Assembly (NCBI GenBank): GCA_016125385.1
Contig: WGLV01000013.1
Location: 26,006 to 90,005, forward strand
Length of the DNA stretch: 64,000 bases
DNA from: a bacterium
Lineage (GTDB): Bacteria > Hinthialibacterota > Hinthialibacteria > Hinthialibacterales > Hinthialibacteraceae
Direction of reading: 5' to 3'
The number at the start of each line of letters is the position of its first letter. Position 1 is the stretch's first letter. This document shows, piece after piece, positions 53,408 through 60,537 of this stretch. The notes beneath the pieces are model-generated. The model saw nothing but the letters and a program-made list of their open reading frames with translations. It had not been told where the DNA came from and did no database searches. Position numbers and translations under genes: made by a program.

Positions 53408-54094
53408 TCAGGGGAGAATTTCAACCATCTCGCCGCCGCGCAACCCGCAGGCGTTGCCGTCGTCGGTATCGAGATGCATTTCGTCTTTAAACAGGTCGAG
53501 CACGCGAATCTGGCATTCTTCCAGAATGGTTTTCTTGCCGTTGGCTTCAATGCGAACCCGAACGCTCTGATTGTCGCTCAACCCCCATTTTTTCGCCGAT
53601 TCCACCGAAATGTGAATGTGGCGGTTAGCGAGAATCACGCCCTTCTGAAGGTGCAACACGCCATGAGGCCCGACGAGAATCAGTTTTTCGCTATTGGTAT
53701 GGTCGCCCGAACGGTTCACCGGCGGATCGATGCCCAGATAGATGGCGTCGGTACGCGAGACCTCCACCTGAGTGTATTTGCGCAACGGCCCCAGAATACG
53801 GACTTCGCCCAGGCAGCGCATGCGCGGCCCGACCAGCGTCAGCGTCTGCTTTGACGCGAATTCACCGGTCTGGTAGAGGGGGCGCAATACTTCCAGCTCG
53901 GAACCTGGCCCGTACAGCGCGTCCATGCTTTTCCGGTCGAGGTGAATGTGCCGGACGGAGATATTACAGGGGACCAGCATCTTGCCGCCCGGCGCTGACG
54001 CCGGTGGCGTGGAGGCGAGTTCGCCCTGCAGCCGCGCCACTACGCGGCGCGTGATCTGCTCAACCAGGGCGTCGTTCAGATTCGGGGAAGACAT
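53408..54094 (-). CDS. pduL: Phosphate acyltransferase PduL
   Basis: SVRHIHL, VRILGPLR..TQVEVSRTDA, ANRHIHI, EMHLDTDDGNA; encapsulation peptide DALVEQITRRVVARL. Confidence 0.93.
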   Translation of the reverse strand: MSSPNLNDALVEQITRRVVARLQGELASTPPASAPGGKMLVPCNISVRHIHLDRKSMDALYGPGSELEVLRPLYQTGEFASKQTLTLVGPRMRCLGEVRILGPLRKYTQVEVSRTDAIYLGIDPPVNRSGDHTNSEKLILVGPHGVLHLQKGVILANRHIHISVESAKKWGLSDNQSVRVRIEANGKKTILEECQIRVLDLFKDEMHLDTDDGNACGLRGGEMVEILP

Positions 54095-54225
54095 ACCTGC
54101 AATTTCCCTTCGATCCACGCGCGGGATTCAGGGCGGAGACGCGGAGCCATCCGGAAAAAGTTCACCGCCCAAACGTGCGCAAACCGGATTCACGCTGCGT
54201 TCGGGCGAAAACAATTACAGATAAA

Positions 54226-54253
54226 CCAAGCGTGGCTGAGCGGCCACGCTTGG
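54226..54253 (-). terminator. Internal hairpin between the BMC-H and pduL genes (attenuator or stabiliser)
   Basis: Perfect 11 bp stem CCAAGCGTGGC/GCCACGCTTGG followed by TTTATCT on the minus strand. Confidence 0.55.
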
Positions 54254-54318
54254 GCGTCGTTCGCAAACCGGAAAACGCGTTGCGAAACCAGACGGGCCGT
54301 CCGCGCCGTCCAGCCGCA

Positions 54319-54597
54319 TCAGCCTTTCGCGGGCAGAATGGCTTCCAGGTCCGAATGAGGACGCGGAATGACGTGAACCGAAACGACTTCGCCCACTTTG
54401 CGGGCCGCCGCCGCGCCAGCGTCCGTCGCGGCTTTCACCGCGCCGACGTCGCCGCGCACCATCACGGTCACGAAACCACCGCCGATTTTTTCCTTGCCGA
54501 TGAGCGTAACGCTCGCCGCTTTCACCATCGCATCGGCCGCTTCAATAGCGCCGACCAGACCGCGTGTTTCAACCAGGCCAAGAGCTTTCCCTTCCAC
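54319..54597 (-). CDS. BMC hexameric shell protein (BMC-H, EutM/PduA-like)
   Basis: [41 protein letters not shown] start behind GGAGG. Confidence 0.96.
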   Translation of the reverse strand: MEGKALGLVETRGLVGAIEAADAMVKAASVTLIGKEKIGGGFVTVMVRGDVGAVKAATDAGAAAARKVGEVVSVHVIPRPHSDLEAILPAKG

Positions 54598-54687
54598 GGG
54601 AATATCCTCCATCGTTGTAACGTTGATTTGACGAAAGTTACGAAAACGCGGATCAAGACCCGCTTTTTCGCGGCTTTACGTTCTCGT

Positions 54688-54716
54688 AGGCTACTGAAAA
54701 GGGGATTGAGTGTCAA
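54688..54716 (-). promoter_or_regulatory. Putative sigma70 promoter of the BMC operon
   Basis: TTGACA-N17-TAGCCT on the minus strand. Confidence 0.55.
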
Positions 54717-54731
54717 GCGCGGCTGGAACAA

Positions 54732-55715
54732 TCAGCCAGCCGGTTCCGCCGAAAATCCGGTTAATTCCGGCGATTTTGGGGATCCGGCGTTTTCCACCCG
54801 GCGCCAGACCGCGTCTCTCACCACCAGCGGCAAGGGGGCGTCTTCAATCGAGGGGTGGCGCGGCGCGGCGGAGTCGATCTTGTCGAGCGTGAATGCGTCG
54901 ATGGGCGCATCGAGCGACGCGGGATCGCTCAGATCGGGCCCGTCCAGGTGAACCGCCGACACGCCCTCTTCATGCGAATAAAAAAGATAGCGCGTCAGAA
55001 CCGCGCCGTCTTCAATCGGGCGCAGCTCTTTCAGATCGATCGGCATCTGCAGGATGAGGTCCTCACGCAATCCGGGGCGTTCCATGCGCGGCCGGCGATG
55101 CAGAAACAGGCAGGTCGCGTGCTCGTTTTTCACCGCGTTATCGACGACGAACACCGCGCCCGGCGGCAGCAGACGAATAAAACGCAACGTCAGATCGGAT
55201 CGCTCGGCAATTTTGCGGATCGAATCGCCCGAAAGCTGTTCCGATTCAAGCCGCTTGAGATGCCGAGGGCGCCAGAGCGACGCAATCCATACCGGGGCCG
55301 CCACCGTGACCAGCGCCGAACCGGGGTAAGCAAACCACCACGGAACGCGCAACATGCGCAAGATCAACACGCTTACGGCATGGGCCAGCATCACCCAGGT
55401 GATCATGTCTTTCAGGTCTTCCATATACGATCGGCGATCGGCGGCAGGCCAGAATACGTTCATCAAGGTGCGCAGAATCGCTGAAAACCAGAAAAAAGCA
55501 TAATGCAGTTCTTCCACCCAGTCCGGATACAGAACGAAGCGGCTGGTATCGGCCATCGCCAATCCGCCACCCATACGAATGAATGCTTCCATCACGTAAT
55601 TGATTTGAAGCGACGAGCCAACGACGATGCAGAGGAATACCCAGATCAACATAAGCGAACAGGTCGAGCCCGGCTCGATTCCCCCCTGAATAGTATGGAC
55701 ATAAACCGAACTCAC
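54732..55715 (-). CDS. Hypothetical membrane protein, probable paralogue of 20462-21307 (start uncertain)
   Basis: N-terminal TM helices plus a soluble domain with motifs shared with the other copy. Confidence 0.65.
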   Translation of the reverse strand: MSSVYVHTIQGGIEPGSTCSLMLIWVFLCIVVGSSLQINYVMEAFIRMGGGLAMADTSRFVLYPDWVEELHYAFFWFSAILRTLMNVFWPAADRRSYMEDLKDMITWVMLAHAVSVLILRMLRVPWWFAYPGSALVTVAAPVWIASLWRPRHLKRLESEQLSGDSIRKIAERSDLTLRFIRLLPPGAVFVVDNAVKNEHATCLFLHRRPRMERPGLREDLILQMPIDLKELRPIEDGAVLTRYLFYSHEEGVSAVHLDGPDLSDPASLDAPIDAFTLDKIDSAAPRHPSIEDAPLPLVVRDAVWRRVENAGSPKSPELTGFSAEPAG

Positions 55716-55719
55716 CGGC

Positions 55720-56220
55720 TCAGCGGCGGCGGTCGTCCGAAGGCAACAACATTCTCATGCGGCGGACCACTTCATCTTCATTACGAATATCCGCCGCGAT
55801 TGTTTTCGCGTAATAATCCTCCGCCTTGTCGCGTACTCCCAACAGCGCGTAAGCGTCGGCGAGACGGAGAAACAGGATGGGCTGATTGGGCGAGAGGCGC
55901 AGCGCTTCCTGATATTTTTCCACGGAGAGTTTTAAAAAGGGAATCTGGGCGTTGCGATTATCGAACAGAAACGCTTTGACGAAATACTTGTCGCCCAGTT
56001 GCAGATACGTGACCGACCGTTCGCGCAGGTCCGACGATTGGCTGGAGAGAAGGGCGTCCAGTTGTTCGATCTCCTGATTGATCGTCTCTTTACTGGCGCT
56101 GCGGACTTCGCTGAGAATGAATACGGGCGTCGGCAGGGGTTTTTCCCACCGCAACGCTTCCACGCACGTCCAACCGAAGACGAGCCAGATCACGCCGAGT
56201 ATCACGTATAAAAAGCGCAT
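55720..56220 (-). CDS. Membrane-anchored TPR protein
   Basis: N-terminal TM; YQEALRLSP and LADAYALLG..AEDYY TPR motifs. Confidence 0.75.
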   Translation of the reverse strand: MRFLYVILGVIWLVFGWTCVEALRWEKPLPTPVFILSEVRSASKETINQEIEQLDALLSSQSSDLRERSVTYLQLGDKYFVKAFLFDNRNAQIPFLKLSVEKYQEALRLSPNQPILFLRLADAYALLGVRDKAEDYYAKTIAADIRNEDEVVRRMRMLLPSDDRRR

Positions 56221-56410
56221 GGTTTACTCATTCACACATAAATTCACTGCCGTGTATTGTACCTTTCAATCTCTGAAATCGCCGTCTCTACTTCGGCCCA
56301 TCCCGGTGAATCGGCGCGGGTTCGTGCGATTCCGCCCCGCCTGAATGGAACAATATCACAAGCGCCGTTACAATGAACGACTGGAATACCGTACCTCCGG
56401 GGAGAAACCG

Positions 56411-57721
56411 ATGACCGTTATGGATTTGCCCGTCATTCAGCCCACGCGCGTCAAGCCGCTGCAGTCGGTGTTAATCAAACCGACCGGCGCCGACTGCAAC
56501 CTCGATTGCGTCTACTGCTTCTACCTCGAAAAAGCCGAGCTCTACCCCAACGCCAAAGTCCATCGCATGAGCGTCGAAGTGTTGGAAGAAATGGTCCGCC
56601 AGATTATGAACGACGGCGGACAGCAGGTGTCGTTCGGCTGGCAGGGCGGCGAACCCACCATGATGGGAGTCGATTTTTTTCGCAAGGCGGTTGAATTCCA
56701 ACAGAAGTACGGCCGGCGCGGCCAGGTGGTCGGCAACGGCCTGCAAACCAACGGCCTGCTGATTAACGAAGAATGGTGCGAATTTCTTCGGGAATACCAG
56801 TTTCTGGTGGGGCTGTCGCTCGACGGGCCTGAACACATTCACGACAAATACCGTTTCACCAAGGGCGGTCGCCCCTCGTGGGAACGCGTGCGCGAATCGG
56901 GACGACTGATGCTCGACCGGGGCGTCGCGGTCAACGCGCTGGTGGTGGTCAACGATTATTCGTGCAACTACGCCGATGAAATCTATGATTTTCATAAAGA
57001 CATGGGGTTTGAATTCATGCAGTTCATCCCCTGCGTCGAACTCGATCACGCCGACTCAAGCCGAGCGGCGTCCTGGTCGGTTTCGGCGGAGCAGTACGGG
57101 CGTTTTCTCTGCGATATCTTCGACCGCTGGAAGGCCGATTTCCGCGATGGAAAACCCACGACCTCTGTCCGCTGGATCGATTCGGTCTTTCACACCTACG
57201 TCGGTATGCAGCCGCCGGAATGCACTCTGTTGCAGGAATGCGGATGTTACGTGGTGGTCGAACACAACGGCGACATCTATTCATGCGACTTCTTCGTCGA
57301 ACCCGAGTGGAAACTGGGTAACCTGACCGAAGGCCGCATCATTGAGATGCTCAACAGCGAGCGTCAGCAGGAATTCGGCGTATGGAAATCGAAACTGCCG
57401 CCTGAATGCCCCGAATGCCAGTGGTTGACGCACTGCTGGGGCGGTTGCACCAAGGACCGGCTGCGCGATCCGCATGACCGGGGTTCGAATCACTTTTGCC
57501 AGTCATACATCATGTTCTTTGAGCACGCCGACGCCGAATTACGGCGGCTGGCCGACGAATGGCTGGAAAACCAGCAACGCGAACACGACGCCGCCGAGCG
57601 CCGTCTGCGCGAGCTGCGTCAATCCGTATCCGCCTCAACGCCCCCGGCGCCCGAGGTGGGACGAAACGAGCCCTGCCCCTGCGGCAGCGGCAAAAAATAT
57701 AAAAAATGCTGTGGAAAATGA
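56411..57721 (+). CDS. Anaerobic sulfatase maturase-type radical SAM/SPASM enzyme with C-terminal SEC-C motif
   Basis: CNLDCVYC, WQGGEPT, QTNG, SLDGP..HD, YSCD, CPEC..CWGGC, HFC; GRNEPCPCGSGKKYKKCCG. Confidence 0.92.
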   Translation: MTVMDLPVIQPTRVKPLQSVLIKPTGADCNLDCVYCFYLEKAELYPNAKVHRMSVEVLEEMVRQIMNDGGQQVSFGWQGGEPTMMGVDFFRKAVEFQQKYGRRGQVVGNGLQTNGLLINEEWCEFLREYQFLVGLSLDGPEHIHDKYRFTKGGRPSWERVRESGRLMLDRGVAVNALVVVNDYSCNYADEIYDFHKDMGFEFMQFIPCVELDHADSSRAASWSVSAEQYGRFLCDIFDRWKADFRDGKPTTSVRWIDSVFHTYVGMQPPECTLLQECGCYVVVEHNGDIYSCDFFVEPEWKLGNLTEGRIIEMLNSERQQEFGVWKSKLPPECPECQWLTHCWGGCTKDRLRDPHDRGSNHFCQSYIMFFEHADAELRRLADEWLENQQREHDAAERRLRELRQSVSASTPPAPEVGRNEPCPCGSGKKYKKCCGK

Positions 57722-57823
57722 CTTGCCCGGTTCCGGGAAGACTGCTAAATTTCATCCTGTAGTGATATTCATTTTTTTGCGCGCTGCGTGTTGAGTTGAT
57801 GCTGCTGGATTGGAGGCTTTCTG

Positions 57824-58507
57824 TTGGGATCGCTGCTTGTTTTTAACAAACAGTACGACGATCTGCTGTCCACCGTGTTGTATCATCCCGAACAACCGAC
57901 CAGTGGAACGCTGGATCGGTTGTTGTCAGCCGCCGCCGATGAAGGCGAGCAGGTGACTTTTATTCTATGCTCGATCGACCAGTTCGACGAACTCGCCTCC
58001 AACCCGCGCCGTAAAACCGTCTTGAAAAAAGCCTGCGCCGGCATGATCGGCGTACTTGTTGAACAAACCCCGCAGGACGTATATCTCGATTGCCCCGGCG
58101 TAAACCAGTTTTTACTGATTCTGCCCAACATCACTTGTGAACGCGCACACGATTTCGCTGAAGAGATTCAGCGGCGCTTTACCGCGCTCGCCTCAAAAAT
58201 CCGGTCGCGCCCGGCGGTGACGATCACCATGAGCGCCGCCTGCGCGGCGTTTCCCGCTGACGCCGACAATCGCGCCGACCTGCTCAGGGGGTTGCGTGAG
58301 TCGATCAAACGATGTCAGAAAGAGCGCGAAGGATGCGTTTGCGCTTTCGCTCCCCCCGATCTGGAACCGGTCAAAGTCAATCTCACCGCCACTCAGATTC
58401 AGGCGCTTGAAGCGATCGCCTCCGATCAGAACAGCGCCATTGACGCGCTCGTCCGCGCGGCCGTCGATGGCTTTCTGGAAGAAAATCGCCCCTCATTGAG
58501 TGAATAA
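57824..58507 (+). CDS. Degenerate GGDEF-like domain fused to a C-terminal ribbon-helix-helix
   Basis: TTG start behind GGAGG; SIDQFDEL, CPGVNQFLLILP, ITMSAACAAFP; KVNLTATQIQALEAIA...ALVRAAVDGFL. Confidence 0.65.
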   Translation: MGSLLVFNKQYDDLLSTVLYHPEQPTSGTLDRLLSAAADEGEQVTFILCSIDQFDELASNPRRKTVLKKACAGMIGVLVEQTPQDVYLDCPGVNQFLLILPNITCERAHDFAEEIQRRFTALASKIRSRPAVTITMSAACAAFPADADNRADLLRGLRESIKRCQKEREGCVCAFAPPDLEPVKVNLTATQIQALEAIASDQNSAIDALVRAAVDGFLEENRPSLSE

Positions 58508-58573
58508 CCTCTCCTCGAATAAACCGCTCTGTTAATAAGACTTGCTGATTTTACCGCAAGTGAACATGCGAGC

Positions 58574-58589
58574 AGGCACGCCGTTTGCA
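58574..58589 (+). promoter_or_regulatory. Putative sigma54 (-24/-12) promoter
   Basis: AGGCAC-GCCGT-TTGCA matches TGGCAC-N5-TTGCW with exact GG/GC spacing, 60 nt before the GTG. Confidence 0.7.
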
Positions 58590-58648
58590 CAGTAACGATC
58601 CGCAAGGCTTATTTCTCCAAAATTTCAAACACTTGTGGAGGCGTTATC

Positions 58649-59281
58649 GTGACCGATTTTGAAAAAAGACGAAAAAGAAACTCTGACGACCATGGCCAGC
58701 CGGAGGAATGGGAACGTCTGCTCGACGACGTCACCGTCGCCCGCGATTACCACGAGGCGACATGGAACCCGAACATTCTGGCGGCCATCTGCGACCAGAA
58801 CAGCCATGCGCCGTTGAACGAACTTCAGATCGCCCCGATCCCTTCAAAAGAGGTCGAAAAACAGCTGGACGCCATCCGGCGCATTGCGATGAAAAAGCTC
58901 AGCGGAATCAACCAGCAGTGCATTCTGGCGTTGATGTCGACCGGGGCGGGGCCGCGCCGTCTCGCCCAGTTATTGCGCGTGTCTGAAGACACCGTGTTGC
59001 GCGCGTTCAAACGAGGGGTCAAGGTCATCCGTGAATGCCTGGGCGAAAAAGCGTCGCTGGATTTCCCCACTGAAAAGGGGAAACGCCCCGTGGTGAGGGC
59101 GGCGGTGATGCCGCTCGACCTGGTGGAAGAGCGCGAACGCTTCGCGGCGTTCATCAATGAGCGGACGATTATGCACGTGTCATATCGCGGCGACGATCTG
59201 TTTCGTGAGGCGCTGGTAATTTATCTGGTGGGCAAAATGGGGAGCGGAAGGCGTAGGGAAACGCTGAACGATGCGGCGTAA
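58649..59281 (+). CDS. Sigma70 region-4-like HTH protein with unknown C-terminal domain
   Basis: KKLSGINQQCILAL...GPRRLAQLLRVSEDTVLRAFKRGVKVIR; RBS GGAGG. Confidence 0.65.
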   Translation: MTDFEKRRKRNSDDHGQPEEWERLLDDVTVARDYHEATWNPNILAAICDQNSHAPLNELQIAPIPSKEVEKQLDAIRRIAMKKLSGINQQCILALMSTGAGPRRLAQLLRVSEDTVLRAFKRGVKVIRECLGEKASLDFPTEKGKRPVVRAAVMPLDLVEERERFAAFINERTIMHVSYRGDDLFREALVIYLVGKMGSGRRRETLNDAA

Positions 59282-59284
59282 GTC

Positions 59285-60172
59285 TTATTTCTTCTTTTTG
59301 GGCGGCTCGCCGCAGTCACGGCCGACCGCGCCGCAATTCTGGCAGACCCATTTTTCTTCGGTCTGAAGCAAAAGGTAAAACGCGCCCAGAATCAAGACGA
59401 ATCCCCACCCGCCCCATAACGAGACGAACATCATGATGCACAGCATGATGCCAAGCCAGAGCGCGATGAGAATCATGAAGATGTTATACCGCTGGCGGCG
59501 TTCGATATCGATGATGCCTCCACAGGAGGCGCAGGGAGGAAAGTGAACCGGGGCCTGCGGCGGCGGAGGTTCGGGTTTTTTCTTTTTTGCGCCTTGCAGC
59601 CGGGGCAGCGGCCCCGAAGGCTGAACGGAGGGTTCGGAAACAGGCGGGGCGGGGGCGTATCCTCCTCCCCAGTTCTCTTCGCCGGTTTCATCGTACTGCT
59701 CTTCCTCGGGGGGCGGGGCTTCTTCTTCAACGGGAGCGGGCTCGCCGTTTAATTCGGCTTCTTCTTCCGTGGGCGCGGGTTCTTCTTCAGTCAGATCGGG
59801 GGGGGCAACCGCTTCCGGTTCTTCTCTGGTTTCGGGATTCCGGTCTTCTTCGTCAATGGAATACGCGCCAACGATTTCCTGAAAAAGATTCTCATTTCTG
59901 ATCGGGTCGAACTCGCGGTCTTCCTTCGCCCAGTCGACGCATTGCGGGGCGAGCTGTGCGGCGCGGTGCAAATATTTGATCGCGTTATGCGTATCGCCCA
60001 GCATGGAATAACAGCAGGCGAGGTTATACATCGCCTCGAACGATTGCGCGTCTTCCATGATCGCTTCGTACAGAAATTGAGACGCCTCCTGGTATTCTCC
60101 CTTGTGGAAGAAGGTGAGGCCCTTCTCAAGTAGAAGCCGCGCTTTGTTCGCGCTTTTGGATTCCGCGGGCAT
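59285..60172 (-). CDS. TPR protein with acidic/Pro linker and CxxC-TM hairpin-CxxC (LITAF-like) domain
   Basis: YNLACCYS..A..D.EFD TPR cap; CASC...hydrophobic hairpin...WVCQNCG. Confidence 0.7.
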   Translation of the reverse strand: MPAESKSANKARLLLEKGLTFFHKGEYQEASQFLYEAIMEDAQSFEAMYNLACCYSMLGDTHNAIKYLHRAAQLAPQCVDWAKEDREFDPIRNENLFQEIVGAYSIDEEDRNPETREEPEAVAPPDLTEEEPAPTEEEAELNGEPAPVEEEAPPPEEEQYDETGEENWGGGYAPAPPVSEPSVQPSGPLPRLQGAKKKKPEPPPPQAPVHFPPCASCGGIIDIERRQRYNIFMILIALWLGIMLCIMMFVSLWGGWGFVLILGAFYLLLQTEEKWVCQNCGAVGRDCGEPPKKKK

Positions 60173-60399
60173 GTCCGCCGCCTATCTCGTTCGATTCGCT
60201 TGGCTTATCAGCGTTACATTCTGGATAACGCTATTTTACGATGAAAAAATCTTTTTTGGGGAGTTTTTTTTCAAAAAATTACATGGGCCCATGTCTGAAT
60301 CGAATATAAGCTGAGACTTTCAACCCGGTTAGAACCGATAAGAATTAAATCGAATTTTTGAAGTTATACCAGTGATAATCTTTTTTTGAAAAAAATGAC

Positions 60400-60452
60400 T
60401 TGACACCACAATATATTGGGTCTAATTTCTATTTCGCCTCAACAGGTAGGAA
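60400..60452 (+). promoter_or_regulatory. nrdJ promoter with tandem NrdR boxes
   Basis: TTGACA-N17-TAATTT; box 1 ccaCAATATATTGggt (60406-60421) and box 2 cctCAACAGGTAGgaa (60437-60452), 31 bp apart; consensus acaCwAtATaTwGtgt. Confidence 0.85.
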
Positions 60453-60537
60453 ATTAATCGCATGATTTTGTGTTGATATTCATCTGACAAAATTACGATA
60501 ACAATTCAATAAAAGTTATGCTATAAGGAGAATCCTG

